64,000 nucleotides of DNA from Alphaproteobacteria bacterium (GTDB taxonomy: Bacteria; Pseudomonadota; Alphaproteobacteria; UBA7887), in assembly GCA_965216755.1 (NCBI GenBank), contig CBDCGL010000011.1, positions 2,528,001-2,592,000 of the forward strand, read 5' to 3'. This document shows, piece after piece, positions 1 through 11,084 of the stretch. Position numbers and translations under genes: made by a program. Each line of letters begins with the position of its first letter. Position 1 is the first letter of the stretch. Under the pieces are notes generated by a model that saw nothing but the letters and a program-made list of their open reading frames with translations, did not search any database and was not told the origin of the DNA.

Positions 1-372
1 ATGGTGCGCGCGGTGTTCGACGGACGCGTCGTTTTTTACGATCGCGACACCACTTTGACCCCGGGACTCAGCGTGCATCACATCGGCGGCCATACAATGG
101 GATTGCAAGCGGTGCGCGTGTGGACGCGGCGCGGTTGGGTGGTGTTGGCGTCGGACGCGACACATTTCTACGCCAATATGGACGAAACACGACCATTCCC
201 GATCGTCTATCACGTTGGCGAAATGATCGATGGCTATCGCAAATTGCACGCCTTGGCCGACTCGCCGGGACATATCATTCCTGGCCATGACCCATTGGTC
301 TTGAAACGCTATCCGCCGGCCCGTTCCGAGCTGGAAGGTTTTGCCGCGCGACTCGATTTGGATCCGGCGTAA
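1..372 (+). CDS. MBL-fold metallo-hydrolase, N-acyl homoserine lactonase family (5'-truncated by the window)
   Basis: C-terminal MBL motifs GGHTMGLQAV, LASDATHFY and IIPGHDP; the HxHxDH motif would lie upstream of the window. Confidence 0.75.
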   Translation: MVRAVFDGRVVFYDRDTTLTPGLSVHHIGGHTMGLQAVRVWTRRGWVVLASDATHFYANMDETRPFPIVYHVGEMIDGYRKLHALADSPGHIIPGHDPLVLKRYPPARSELEGFAARLDLDPA

Positions 373-478
373 CAAACGCGATCTGCGGCGCAGCCGTTGT
401 CACAATGGCCCGTCGCCCATAATCTAGGCGGTCCGCTCTGCCGCCCTGGCACCGGAGGATTTCGAAAGGTCATCCACA

Positions 479-2098
479 ATGCCAACTCCGCTCATATACC
501 CGTTCCGATCGGTCGGACACAGCCTGCGTGCAGTGGGCTTGGCGCTCCTGTGCACCATGGCCTTGATCGCCGCCCATGCGCCGGCGCACGCGGAGACGGT
601 GCTGCGGATCGTGCCACACGCGGATCTCAAGAACATCGATCCGATCTGGACCACCGCCTATATCACCCGCAATCACGGCTACATGGTCTATGACACGCTG
701 TTTGCCATGGACGCCAACCTTGAAGTGCAACCACAAATGGTTGGCGACTACAGCATCAGCGACGATGGCCTGACCTACGAATTTGTCTTGCGCGACGGAT
801 TGACGTGGCATGACGGCGCGCCGGTTACCGCCGCGGACTGTGTCGCCTCGATCCGGCGATGGGGCGCGCGTGACGGCATGGGCCAAAAATTGATGGATTT
901 CATCGCCAGCCTAGAGGCGGCGGATGATAAGACCATTCGCATGGTCCTGTCCGAACCCTATGGCCTGGTGCTGGCGTCACTCGGCAAGATCAGTTCCAAC
1001 GTGCCGTTCATGATGCCGAAACGACTGGCGGAAACAGACCCGTTTGAACAAGTTCCAGAGATCATCGGCTCAGGACCATTCAAATTTGTTGTCGACGAAT
1101 GGGTACCCGGCAGCAAGGTCATTTATGTCAAGAACACCGACTATCTGCCGCGCGACGAACCACCCAGCGCGCTTGCGGGCGGCAAAGTGGTCCATGTCGA
1201 CCGGGTCGAATGGCTCTATATCCCCGACGCGGCAACAGCGATGAATGCGCTGTTGAACGGTGAAATCGATTTCTACGAACTGCCGCCGATCGATCTGATT
1301 CCGATCATGGAGCAGGCACCGGGTGTCGAGGTCAAAGTGCTGAACCAGTTGGGCGAACAAGGCTGGGTGCGCTTGAACCATCTGCATCCGCCGTTCGACA
1401 ATCCCAAGGCGCGTGAGGCGATGCTGTGGTTGGTTGATCAATCGAGCTATTTGCAGGCGCTCGTCGGCAATCCGGACTATTACCAAACCTGCCCGGCCTA
1501 TTTCGGTTGTGGCGCGACCTATGAAAGCGATGCCGGTGCCGAGGCTTTGATGGGGCAGGATCTTGAGAAAGCCAAGCAATTGTTCGCCGAGGCCGGATAT
1601 GACGGTGAACCGATTGTCATTCTTCAGGCAACCGACATCCAGATCAACAATGGGGCCTCGCTGGTCACCGCGCAGCTGTTGCGCGAGGCCGGTCTAAATG
1701 TCGAATTGCAGGCGATGGATTGGAGCACGCTCACCTCTCGTCGCGCCGTATCGGACCCACCCGATCAAGGTGGTTGGAACGTGTTCATCACGTGGTGGAT
1801 CGGCGCGGATATCCTGAACCCGATTGTCAATATTGGCGTGTCCGGCGGCTGCCGCGATCGCGCGTGGTTCGGTTGGCCGTGCGACGAAGAACTGGAAGGC
1901 CTGCGTGATTCGTTTGCCCGCGCAACCGACCCCGCCGAACAGGCACGAATGGCAGAAGCGGTGCAACAACGCGCCTACAGTGTTGTCCCCTATGTCCCCT
2001 TCGGACAATGGTTCGCGCCGGTCGCATATCGCGACAATTTGCACGGCGTGATCGACGCGCCGGTGTTTCCGCTCAGTTGGAATATTGAAAAACGATAA
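479..2098 (+). CDS. ABC transporter substrate-binding protein (family 5, peptide/nickel type)
   Basis: Signal peptide ending AHA-E; DLKNIDPIWTTAYITRNHGYMVYDTLF, LRDGLTWHDG and IGSGPFKF motifs. Confidence 0.92.
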   Translation: MPTPLIYPFRSVGHSLRAVGLALLCTMALIAAHAPAHAETVLRIVPHADLKNIDPIWTTAYITRNHGYMVYDTLFAMDANLEVQPQMVGDYSISDDGLTYEFVLRDGLTWHDGAPVTAADCVASIRRWGARDGMGQKLMDFIASLEAADDKTIRMVLSEPYGLVLASLGKISSNVPFMMPKRLAETDPFEQVPEIIGSGPFKFVVDEWVPGSKVIYVKNTDYLPRDEPPSALAGGKVVHVDRVEWLYIPDAATAMNALLNGEIDFYELPPIDLIPIMEQAPGVEVKVLNQLGEQGWVRLNHLHPPFDNPKAREAMLWLVDQSSYLQALVGNPDYYQTCPAYFGCGATYESDAGAEALMGQDLEKAKQLFAEAGYDGEPIVILQATDIQINNGASLVTAQLLREAGLNVELQAMDWSTLTSRRAVSDPPDQGGWNVFITWWIGADILNPIVNIGVSGGCRDRAWFGWPCDEELEGLRDSFARATDPAEQARMAEAVQQRAYSVVPYVPFGQWFAPVAYRDNLHGVIDAPVFPLSWNIEKR

Positions 2099-2134
2099 CG
2101 ACGCGCCTTAGCCGATAGCCTGAGCAGCATACCC

Positions 2135-3076
2135 ATGGTGGCGTTCATCGCGCGACGGGTACTGGCGACGATCCCGGTCATGGCGGTCGTCGCTATCTTT
2201 GTGTTTTTGCTGTTGCATTTAAGCCCTGGCGATCCTGCCACGGTGATCGCCGGCGACTATGCGAGCCCGGAAGACGTCGCCCGCATCCGCAGCCAGCTGG
2301 GGCTCGACCGGCCGCTTTACATTCAATTTGGAACATGGGTGTGGCGCTTGATGCAGGGCGACCTGGGCATTTCGATTTTCTCAAATTTGCCCGTCGCCAC
2401 CTTGATCGGCCAGCGCCTGGAGCCGACCGTGGCGCTTGCGTTGTGCACGTTGATTATTGCCGTGGTTATCGCGGTGCCGTTGGGGGCGATCGCCGCGTGG
2501 CGCGCGGGCACCTGGCTCGACCGTTTTGTGATGATGTTCGCCGTTGTCGGTTTCTCGGTACCGGTGTTTGTGCTCGGCTATATTCTGATTTACGTCTTCT
2601 CGCTCAAACTGCAAATGTTCCCGGTCCAAGGGTACGCCAATTTCACGGACGGCATCGGACCGTTTTTTCATCGGCTCGTGCTGCCCAGCCTGACCTTGAG
2701 CGTTATTTTCATCGCATTGATCGCCCGTGTGACCCGTGCCAGCGTGCTTGAGATCCTCGGCGAGGATTACATCCGCACCGCGCGCGCCAAGGGACTGTCG
2801 GAGCGCCTGGTGTTATTGCGGCACGCGCTCGGCAACGCGGCCGTTCCGATTGTCACGGTGATCGGGATCGGATTTGCGCTGTTGATCGGTGGCGTTGTCG
2901 TTACCGAGAGCGTGTTCAACATTCCGGGCCTCGGCCGACTCACCGTGGATGCGATACTGCGCCGCGATTATCCGGTGATCCAAGGGATTATCTTGGTGTT
3001 TTCCGCGACCTACGTGGTCGTCAATCTGATCATCGATATCTTGTACACCTTGTTTGATCCGAGGATCCGCTATTGA
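2135..3076 (+). CDS. ABC transporter permease (DppB/OppB-like)
   Basis: PGDPA and GDLGISI motifs, EAA loop DYIRTARAKGL, C-terminal DPRIRY. Confidence 0.93.
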   Translation: MVAFIARRVLATIPVMAVVAIFVFLLLHLSPGDPATVIAGDYASPEDVARIRSQLGLDRPLYIQFGTWVWRLMQGDLGISIFSNLPVATLIGQRLEPTVALALCTLIIAVVIAVPLGAIAAWRAGTWLDRFVMMFAVVGFSVPVFVLGYILIYVFSLKLQMFPVQGYANFTDGIGPFFHRLVLPSLTLSVIFIALIARVTRASVLEILGEDYIRTARAKGLSERLVLLRHALGNAAVPIVTVIGIGFALLIGGVVVTESVFNIPGLGRLTVDAILRRDYPVIQGIILVFSATYVVVNLIIDILYTLFDPRIRY

Positions 3077-3936
3077 CCGCCGCCGACATCAGCGCACCCA
3101 AGACGACCAGTTTGTGGCGCCTCGCCCGACAGCATCTATCCGTGCGTGTCGGCGGAGTCATGTTGCTTGTTATGGCATTGGTCGCTTTGGCGGCGCCATG
3201 GCTGTTTACCGTCGACCCGGTGGCCTTGAACCCGATCGCGCGCCTCACGCCCCCCGACGCCGTTGCCTGGTTCGGCACCGATATGTTTGGTCGGGACATT
3301 TACAGTCGCACTGTCTTTGGTGCGCGCATTTCATTGGTGGTTGGCCTGTGCGCAGCCGTGATCAGCATCGCGGTCGGCCTAACCATTGGCCTATTGGCCG
3401 GCTATGTCCGCCTGCTTGACGCCATCATCATGCGCATCATGGACGGAATCATGGCAATCCCCGGCATCTTGCTGGCCATTGCCATGATTGCGCTAGCCGG
3501 CGCCAGTCTGACGACCGTCGTCGTCGCCATCACCACACCCGAGATTCCGCGCGTGGTCCGTTTGGTGCGGGCCGTGGTGCTGACCATCCGCGAAGAGCCC
3601 TATGTCGAAGCCGCGATCTCGGTCGGAACTCCGCTCGCAACCTTGCTGGTCCGCCATGTTCTGCCCAACACCTTTGCGCCCTTGATCGTACAAGGCACTT
3701 ATGTCTGCGCGTCGGCGATCATTACCGAAGCTATTCTGAGCTTTCTTGGCGCCGGCATCCCGCCTGAAATACCAAGTTGGGGCAATATCATGGCGGAAGG
3801 GCGAACCTATTTTCAGATCGCGCCGTGGATCATTTTTTTCCCCGGCATCGCGTTGGCGCTGACCGTTCTGGCCGTCAACATTTTGGGTGACGGGCTGCGC
3901 GACACGCTCGACCCACGCATCGCCAAGCGGCTGTGA
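3073..3936 (+). CDS. ABC transporter permease (DppC/OppC-like)
   Basis: FGTDMFGRDIYSR, YVEAAISVG and GDGLRDTLDPR; overlaps the upstream stop. Confidence 0.93.
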   Translation: MTAADISAPKTTSLWRLARQHLSVRVGGVMLLVMALVALAAPWLFTVDPVALNPIARLTPPDAVAWFGTDMFGRDIYSRTVFGARISLVVGLCAAVISIAVGLTIGLLAGYVRLLDAIIMRIMDGIMAIPGILLAIAMIALAGASLTTVVVAITTPEIPRVVRLVRAVVLTIREEPYVEAAISVGTPLATLLVRHVLPNTFAPLIVQGTYVCASAIITEAILSFLGAGIPPEIPSWGNIMAEGRTYFQIAPWIIFFPGIALALTVLAVNILGDGLRDTLDPRIAKRL

Positions 3937-5579
3937 TGACGGCGACACGGGACTCCGCTTTGGTCGTCGATGTCCGCGGATTGACCGTTCGTCTGCCGGC
4001 CGACGCCGATCGCGCGCACGCGGTCGAGGACATTACATTTGCGGTCGCCGCCGGTGAAATACTATGCATCGTCGGTGAGTCGGGTTCCGGCAAATCGGTC
4101 ACGGCACAAGCGATCATGGGTCTTTTGCCGCGGCGCCAATTGGAGCCGGTTGACGGCCAAATTCTGTTTGACGGCCGTGACCTGCTAACCGCGCCGGTGG
4201 CCCACATGCAATCGTTGCGCGGCCACCGCATGGGCATGATCTTTCAAGAACCGATGACGGCGCTGAATCCGGTTATGACGGTCGGCCGCCAAATTGAAGA
4301 AGTGCTGGCGATCCACACCGATCTCAGCCGCGCGGCGCGGGCCGAGCGCGTGCTGGAAATCATGACGGCGGTCAATTTACCCGATACCGCGCAACTGGTG
4401 CACAGCTACCCGCACCAGCTTTCCGGCGGACAACGTCAGCGTGTCATGATTGCCATGGCATTGGTCCTTGGACCGGCGCTGTTGATCGCCGACGAACCCA
4501 CGACCGCGCTGGACGTCACCACTCAGGCGCAAATCTTGCAATTGATTCGCGACATTCAGAAAACGCACGGCATGGGCGTGTTGTTCATCACCCACGATTT
4601 TGGCGTGGTCGCGGAAATCGCCGATCGCGTGGCCGTCATGCAGGCCGGTCACATTGTCGAGACCGGCGCCGCGCGGAAGGTTCTCACGGCGCCCCAGCAC
4701 GACTACACGCGGATGTTGATCGGGGCGGTTCCCAGTTTGGTGCCGCCGAACCGACCGAGCATCGGTGACTCGCCGGCGATCTTATCAACCAGCGGTCTAT
4801 CCAAGACATACGGTGCCACAGGCACGTTGCGGCGCACGCGCGAAGTTGTCGCCGCGAAGGATGTGAATATCGCGGTCAGGCGGGGTGAGACCCTGGGCAT
4901 TGTTGGCGAATCAGGGTCGGGCAAGACCACGGTCGCGCGCTGCCTCGTGCGTCTGGTCGCCCCGACGGGCGGCACCATCACGATCGACGGCGATGACATC
5001 GCGCCATTGACGGTCACCAAATTGCGCCCCTATCGGCGCCGCATTCAAATCGTGTTTCAGGATCCTTATCGGTCGCTTAATCCGCGCCGGGCCGTTGGCC
5101 GCTCGATCATCGAGGGGCCGGTCAATTACGGCGTGTCGGTGCCCGACGCTGTTGCCCGCGCCCACGATCTGCTGGCGCTGGTGGGTCTGGAGCGCAGCGC
5201 CTTCGACCGCTATCCACACCAGTTCTCCGGCGGCCAAAGGCAGCGAATTTGCATTGCCCGCGCGCTGGCCATGGAGCCGGAAGTGCTGATTGCGGACGAG
5301 GCCGTCTCTGCCCTCGACGTCTCGGTCCAAGCGCAGGTTCTTGACTTGCTGGATGACGTCCGCCAGCGTTTTAATTTGGCCATGGTCTTCATCACCCATG
5401 ACCTCCGTGTCGCCGCGCAGATTTGTGATCGGATCGCCGTTATGTATGGCGGCGTGGTGGTCGAAAGTGGGCAGACCGGCACCGTTTTCAGCGCACCAAC
5501 ACATCCGTACACCAAACGCCTGTTTGATGCCGCACCGGGGCGATCCTGGGACTTTGCCGTACACCACGCCGCATCGTAA
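3933..5579 (+). CDS. ABC transporter ATP-binding protein with two fused ATPase domains (DppD/F-like)
   Basis: Two Walker A motifs GESGSGKS/T, two signatures LSGGQRQR and FSGGQRQR, Walker B LIADE. Confidence 0.95.
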   Translation: MMTATRDSALVVDVRGLTVRLPADADRAHAVEDITFAVAAGEILCIVGESGSGKSVTAQAIMGLLPRRQLEPVDGQILFDGRDLLTAPVAHMQSLRGHRMGMIFQEPMTALNPVMTVGRQIEEVLAIHTDLSRAARAERVLEIMTAVNLPDTAQLVHSYPHQLSGGQRQRVMIAMALVLGPALLIADEPTTALDVTTQAQILQLIRDIQKTHGMGVLFITHDFGVVAEIADRVAVMQAGHIVETGAARKVLTAPQHDYTRMLIGAVPSLVPPNRPSIGDSPAILSTSGLSKTYGATGTLRRTREVVAAKDVNIAVRRGETLGIVGESGSGKTTVARCLVRLVAPTGGTITIDGDDIAPLTVTKLRPYRRRIQIVFQDPYRSLNPRRAVGRSIIEGPVNYGVSVPDAVARAHDLLALVGLERSAFDRYPHQFSGGQRQRICIARALAMEPEVLIADEAVSALDVSVQAQVLDLLDDVRQRFNLAMVFITHDLRVAAQICDRIAVMYGGVVVESGQTGTVFSAPTHPYTKRLFDAAPGRSWDFAVHHAAS

Positions 5580-5677
5580 CAACCGGCGGGCGTAAAGAAT
5601 TGCGACCGGCATGACTTGATCCCGCCGTCGGTTGGCCACTACCATGCGTGGCACGTGTTCGTGGATCGGTGGAGATG

Positions 5678-6412
5678 ATGACAAAGTCGCCCGGACGATC
5701 GCTGCGCAACCCGCTGACAAGCAATGACGACGAGGTGAAGATCCGGCCGATGAACCTTGACCTTCCATCGATTCGACGCGTCTACGCCCGATATGCGCCG
5801 ATTTACGACGTGACTTTCGGGCCGGTATTCAGGCGCGGGCGTGCTGCCGCGGTTGGCGCGGCCAATCAAGTTGGCGGTCGCGTTTTGGAAGTCGGCGTCG
5901 GCACGGGGCTCTCGTTGGCCGATTACGACCGTGATACCGAATTGCACGGAATAGATATTTCTGAGGGCATGCTCGACAGGGCCCGGGCACGGGTGGCGCG
6001 ACACGGACTCTCCCACGTTGTGTCGCTTCAAGGTATGGATGCAGCCGCGTTGGCATTTCCGGATGAGTGGTTCGACGCAGTGGTGGCGATGTTTGTGATG
6101 ACCGTGGTTCCGGATCCGCGTCGAGTCCTGGAGGAAATGACCCGTGTTTGCCGCCCCGGCGGCAAGCTGGTCATGGTCAACCATTTCGCGGCCCAACGCC
6201 GGCGCTACCAAGGTATCGAAAAGGTGCTGGCGCCATTCGCGCGACAGATTGGCTGGCATGCCGACATGCGCATGGAAGCACTTCTGGCGCATCTGCCTGG
6301 CCTGCCTCTAAAACTGGTCAACACGCAACCAACGTCGTCGCTTGGTCTGTTCACGTTGGTGGAGCTACAAAAATACGACCAGACCGCGGCCGCCGCGCAA
6401 GCGGCTGAATAG
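5678..6412 (+). CDS. pmtA: Phosphatidylethanolamine N-methyltransferase (class I SAM methyltransferase)
   Basis: YARYAPIYDVTFG, VLEVGVGTGLSL and VMVNHF motifs; start uncertain (5675, 5678 or 5750). Confidence 0.75.
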   Translation: MTKSPGRSLRNPLTSNDDEVKIRPMNLDLPSIRRVYARYAPIYDVTFGPVFRRGRAAAVGAANQVGGRVLEVGVGTGLSLADYDRDTELHGIDISEGMLDRARARVARHGLSHVVSLQGMDAAALAFPDEWFDAVVAMFVMTVVPDPRRVLEEMTRVCRPGGKLVMVNHFAAQRRRYQGIEKVLAPFARQIGWHADMRMEALLAHLPGLPLKLVNTQPTSSLGLFTLVELQKYDQTAAAAQAAE

Positions 6413-6494
6413 GGCTCACCAAACATAGCTGCCAAGATGAAGGCGCTTTTCAAACTTTTCCGAAGAGCACCGTGATCGCCCACGGAGAGTCGCA

Positions 6495-9164
6495 GTGACA
6501 GACGATCCGACGAGACGGGAAACGCCTCCTCAAGTCGTTCGGCGCGCTGACTACGCGCCACCACGTCACTATGTGGAGACCGTCGACCTCGATTTCACGC
6601 TCGACGAATTGCGGACCCGCGTGCGCGCGCAGATGCGCATACGGCGTGGCCCCACCGCCGACGTCAATGCGCAACCCATGCATTTGGACGGGCAGGCGCT
6701 CGAGCTGGTGTCGGTCGCCATTGACGGCCGCCCGCTAGGCGCAGAACGCTTTGTGCAAGACGAGGCCGGTCTGACCATTTTTAATGTGCCGCCGGCCTTC
6801 ACGCTTGATATCGAAACGATCATCAACCCCTGCGACAACACCAAGCTAGAGGGCCTTTACCTTTCGAACGGCACATTCTGTACACAATGTGAAGCCGAGG
6901 GTTTCCGCCATATTACCTATTTTCCGGACCGGCCCGACGTTATGGCCGTCTACACCACGACAATTCGCGCCGACCGGGCGCGCGTTCCCGTGCTTCTGTC
7001 CAACGGAAATCTTGTCGCCAACGGTGACGATGCGGACGGCGCCCATTTCGCCATGTGGCACGATCCGTTTCCGAAGCCGTCCTATCTGTTCGCCCTGGTG
7101 GCCGGCGATCTAGCGGTTGCCGAGGACGCCTTTGTGACCCAGTCGGGGCGGCGCGTGGACCTGCGCCTGTTCGTCGAGCATGGCAATCAAGGCCGTTGCG
7201 CCTTTGCGCTCGACGCGCTCAAGAAGGCGATGCGTTGGGATGAGCAGCGTTATGGCCGGGAATACGACCTCGACGTCTTCAATATCGTCGCGGTGAGCGC
7301 CTTCAACATGGGCGCGATGGAAAACAAGAGCCTCAACATTTTCAACGACAAATACATACTGGCCGATCCGGAGACCGCGACAGACACGGACTACGCTCAC
7401 ATCGAAAGCGTTGTCGCCCACGAGTATTTCCACAACTGGACCGGTAATCGGGTCACTTGTCGCGACTGGTTTCAGCTGAGCCTGAAAGAGGGCTTGACGG
7501 TTTTCCGGGACCAACAGTTTTCATCCGATATACGCTCGGCCGCGGCTCAGCGCATATCGGATGTGCGCGTCCTACGCGCGCGCCAATTTCCCGAGGATGC
7601 CGGTCCGCTGGCCCATCCGGTGCGGCCGGATAGCTATATCGAGATCAACAATTTCTACACAGCAACCGTTTATGACAAGGGCGCCGAAGTCATCCGCATG
7701 ATGCACACGATGCTGGGCGAATCAGGATTTCGGCGCGGCATGGACCTTTATTTCGAGCGCCATGACGGCGACGCGGTCACCTGCGACGATTTTGTCGCCG
7801 CCATGGAGGCCGCCAATGACGTTGACTTGACGCAATTCCGCCTTTGGTATGCACAGGCTGGCACGCCAACGGTTCATGTCGATTGCGCCTACGACAGCGA
7901 TTCGAAATGCGCGACACTCACACTCGATCAATCATGTTCGCCGACGCCTGGCCAACCTGACAAAGCACCAATGGTGATTCCGTTGGCGCTCGGCCTTCTC
8001 GACCAAGACGGCGCACCGATCCCATTGTGTCTGGAGGGCCAGTCGGGGCCGTCTGGAACAACGGGCATCCTACCGCTGACCGAGCGGAGCCATGTCTATC
8101 GCTTTGTCGCCGTCGAGTCGGAACCCGTATTGTCAATAAATCGCGGCTTCGCCGCGCCGATCCGCACCGTGACCAGCCGCAGTCGCGCCGACGCAGCACT
8201 GTTGATGGCCCACGACACGGATCCCTTCAACCGCTGGGAAGCCGGCCAGACCTTGGCGACCGAACTGCTGATCGAGGGCGCCGAGTCCATCCAAGCAGGC
8301 CGCGCGCCGACCAGCGACCGTCGCTTTGTCGCGGCCTTAGGTTTGACCCTGCAAGACGAGCGCATCGAAAAAGCCTTACTCGCGCAAACAATGGTTCTGC
8401 CGACCGAATCCTATATTGCCGAGCAGATGGATGTCGCCGATCCGGACGCCATCCATCGCGCACGTCAGCATCTACGCCGCGCGATCGCGGATGCGTTGCG
8501 TGACCGGCTGGTGTCTGTATATCGCGAGAACCACGGTAACGCGCCCTATCAACCTGACGCCGCCAGCGCTGGACGGCGCGCCTTGAAGAACGCGGCCTTG
8601 TCTTATTTGGCGTTGCTCGACGAAGATCAAGACATGCAGGCAATTGTGACGGCGCAATATCGAAACGCCAACAACATGACCGATCGCATGGCCGCCTTGC
8701 ACGCGCTTGCCGACATGACCAGCGATGCCCGCGACCAGGCGCTAGCCGATTTTTACGCGCGCTATCGTGACAATCCGTTGGTGATCGACAAGTGGTTCAC
8801 AGTCCAGGCGCTGTCATCGCGTAGCGATACGCTTGATGCCGTCAAGGGCCTGGTCGGTCATGAAGCGTTCGCGATCACCAACCCAAACCGGGTGCGCGCC
8901 CTGATCGGCGCCTTCGTGACCGGCAATCCGGGGCGGTTTCATGCCGCCGACGGCGCCGGCTATGACTTTTTTGCCGAACAGTTGCTGGTGCTTGATCCCA
9001 TCAACGCGCAAGTCGCCGCACGGCTGCTGACCGCTTTAAGCCGCTGGCAAAAACTCGACCCCGCCCGGCAAGAAAAGGCCAAAGGCGCCTTGGCGCGGAT
9101 CTTGGCCCGACCCGGTTTGTCGCGGGACGTGTTCGAGATCGCCTCGAAGTCTCTCGCCAATTAG
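6495..9164 (+). CDS. pepN: Aminopeptidase N
   Basis: GAMEN motif, zinc motif HEYFH...LKEG, TQCEAEGFR, NPNRVRALIG; GGAG RBS before the GTG. Confidence 0.97.
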   Translation: MTDDPTRRETPPQVVRRADYAPPRHYVETVDLDFTLDELRTRVRAQMRIRRGPTADVNAQPMHLDGQALELVSVAIDGRPLGAERFVQDEAGLTIFNVPPAFTLDIETIINPCDNTKLEGLYLSNGTFCTQCEAEGFRHITYFPDRPDVMAVYTTTIRADRARVPVLLSNGNLVANGDDADGAHFAMWHDPFPKPSYLFALVAGDLAVAEDAFVTQSGRRVDLRLFVEHGNQGRCAFALDALKKAMRWDEQRYGREYDLDVFNIVAVSAFNMGAMENKSLNIFNDKYILADPETATDTDYAHIESVVAHEYFHNWTGNRVTCRDWFQLSLKEGLTVFRDQQFSSDIRSAAAQRISDVRVLRARQFPEDAGPLAHPVRPDSYIEINNFYTATVYDKGAEVIRMMHTMLGESGFRRGMDLYFERHDGDAVTCDDFVAAMEAANDVDLTQFRLWYAQAGTPTVHVDCAYDSDSKCATLTLDQSCSPTPGQPDKAPMVIPLALGLLDQDGAPIPLCLEGQSGPSGTTGILPLTERSHVYRFVAVESEPVLSINRGFAAPIRTVTSRSRADAALLMAHDTDPFNRWEAGQTLATELLIEGAESIQAGRAPTSDRRFVAALGLTLQDERIEKALLAQTMVLPTESYIAEQMDVADPDAIHRARQHLRRAIADALRDRLVSVYRENHGNAPYQPDAASAGRRALKNAALSYLALLDEDQDMQAIVTAQYRNANNMTDRMAALHALADMTSDARDQALADFYARYRDNPLVIDKWFTVQALSSRSDTLDAVKGLVGHEAFAITNPNRVRALIGAFVTGNPGRFHAADGAGYDFFAEQLLVLDPINAQVAARLLTALSRWQKLDPARQEKAKGALARILARPGLSRDVFEIASKSLAN

Positions 9165-9286
9165 CGCAGTTCCGACCCTATCGCGCTGGCGCCTTCGCAC
9201 CATGGCGGCGTTTGCCATGGGTGTTGGTCATGCGGAATAGCATTCATCCGCCGCGCTTTAAACGCCCCGGCGCCGCTCCGCGTAGA

Positions 9287-10891
9287 TTACTGATCCTCCG
9301 GTGCGCCTTGCCAAAACGGTCGATGGCGAACAAAGGCCTGCCAGGCGGACGACAAGTTGGCGTCAAAACTTGTGGCGTCGCGCGTCAACCATCCGATGAC
9401 CATGCCCGCCGCGATCCGCAATCGCGTCGCATCAGACCGCGGGCCCGCTTCGGCGACCACGGCCATAACCAATTTCTCTGCCACCGCCACATCATTCATG
9501 TGACCAAGATCGTCCTGCAGTCCCCGCACGCGCTGGATGAATGCCGACGCCGCCTTTTTGCGGTAAAGCGAGCGGAAGAATTCAGCCGCGTAACGGAGCT
9601 TCTTCAAAGCAATCCGAACTCTATGTCGATCATCCGCAGCCAGCTCATCGAAATCGCGACCCAAGGCCAATGCCGCGGCATGGCGTTTGGTTAATAGTTT
9701 GTGTGCCAAGCTTTCGACGGGCCGGTCCAACCATTTGCGCGTCTTGTCGTCGGCGCCCGTGCGCCAGCCGGCGGTTTCCAACCACGCACCGAATTGAAGC
9801 GCGAAGGTTGTATAGCGGGTCGCGAAAACCGTCGCTTCCACCCGTGCATAGGCATCTTCGCGCGCGTCGGTCGCCGCGCGCCGCAAAGCCGCCAGATTCT
9901 TGTCGCCCGGGCGGGCTGCTTCGACCAGCGGCAGCAGATCCCCCAGGAAAACGTCCAGGTCGCGCGCCAAACCCAATTCGCCAAGCAACCACCGTGATTC
10001 GCTGCCCAGCCAGGCAACTTGTTCCGCCGGAATGACTTTCTTGAACAACGCCAAGGCTGAACGACAGCGGCGCACGCCAACCCGCATTTGATGAACGCCT
10101 TCGGGATCGGTTCCGTCCAACGCCGCCGCTTGGTTGCCCAGCCACTGGGCGCCGCAATTTGCAAATACTTGGTCGATGGCGCGATCGACCGTTGTGCGGC
10201 GCAGATGCAGGGTTCGCGCCTTATACCAGGCGGGCGCGCCACCATCCGCCAAGCGATAGCCGCGCGCCGCCTTGCTTTCCAACGCGACCGTCAGTGGCGC
10301 GGCCTCAACCAAAGCCAGCGCCAAACGATAGACGTCTTCGGGCCGGCCGTTCTTGAGTTCCAATTCAACTTCGGCCAAGGGCACGCGCACGTCGCCGCTG
10401 ACGATTTCGCCGCGATCCACCGCGATTTCGACGGCGCCCGGTTCCGTTGGCGCCGCGTCTGATGTTGGGGCGGCGGTTGTCGTCGCGCGGCTGATTTGAC
10501 GCGACACACGTGTTTCGAAGACCGCGACCAACTCGTCCGGTGCCACCGCCCCCAACAACGCGCGGGCGCGGGTATCGTCTATCACACCCAGATCGACCGC
10601 CATGGTCGGCACCGTCGCCTCCCACTCGAAGCGCCGCTGCAGGCTGCCGCCACCGCTGTTCGCCCCCTTCACCGATTGGACGAATCGGTTGCCAATTTGG
10701 CGCACACGCAGTGCCACACCCCTTTTTCTGAGCCGCAAATCGGGCGTGTCGTAGTAGATACTGCGCAAGGTCTCTGTCGCTTCAGGCGTCACCACGGCGC
10801 CGTCGATGCGTTGGACCGTGGCAAGATCTTGCAAAAGATCCGGGTCCGGGGCCGTGAGCTTGAGCTCAATTTCTTGAGGCGGCGCGGTCAT
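9287..10891 (-). CDS. CYTH + CHAD domain protein (YgiF-like inorganic triphosphatase)
   Basis: EIELKL, YYDTPDLRL and EVELELK (CYTH); VHQMRVGVRR, HRVRIALKKLRY and LQDDLGHMND (CHAD). Confidence 0.9.
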   Translation of the reverse strand: MTAPPQEIELKLTAPDPDLLQDLATVQRIDGAVVTPEATETLRSIYYDTPDLRLRKRGVALRVRQIGNRFVQSVKGANSGGGSLQRRFEWEATVPTMAVDLGVIDDTRARALLGAVAPDELVAVFETRVSRQISRATTTAAPTSDAAPTEPGAVEIAVDRGEIVSGDVRVPLAEVELELKNGRPEDVYRLALALVEAAPLTVALESKAARGYRLADGGAPAWYKARTLHLRRTTVDRAIDQVFANCGAQWLGNQAAALDGTDPEGVHQMRVGVRRCRSALALFKKVIPAEQVAWLGSESRWLLGELGLARDLDVFLGDLLPLVEAARPGDKNLAALRRAATDAREDAYARVEATVFATRYTTFALQFGAWLETAGWRTGADDKTRKWLDRPVESLAHKLLTKRHAAALALGRDFDELAADDRHRVRIALKKLRYAAEFFRSLYRKKAASAFIQRVRGLQDDLGHMNDVAVAEKLVMAVVAEAGPRSDATRLRIAAGMVIGWLTRDATSFDANLSSAWQAFVRHRPFWQGAPEDQ

Positions 10892-11084
10892 CGCTAAAGA
10901 ATTCAGCCGTTCTTCGTTAATTCGTCGCACAGCTCACCGAACGCAAACGCCGGATAGCAATCTGTGCCACGCCGCCGCCGGCACTGGCCGTTCACAGCAC
11001 CACGTCACCACCATCGTACTGGCACATTGTGCGAAAAATGCAAGAAAAAGCTTCCCATTACCGCCATACGATTGCGCCGCGATA

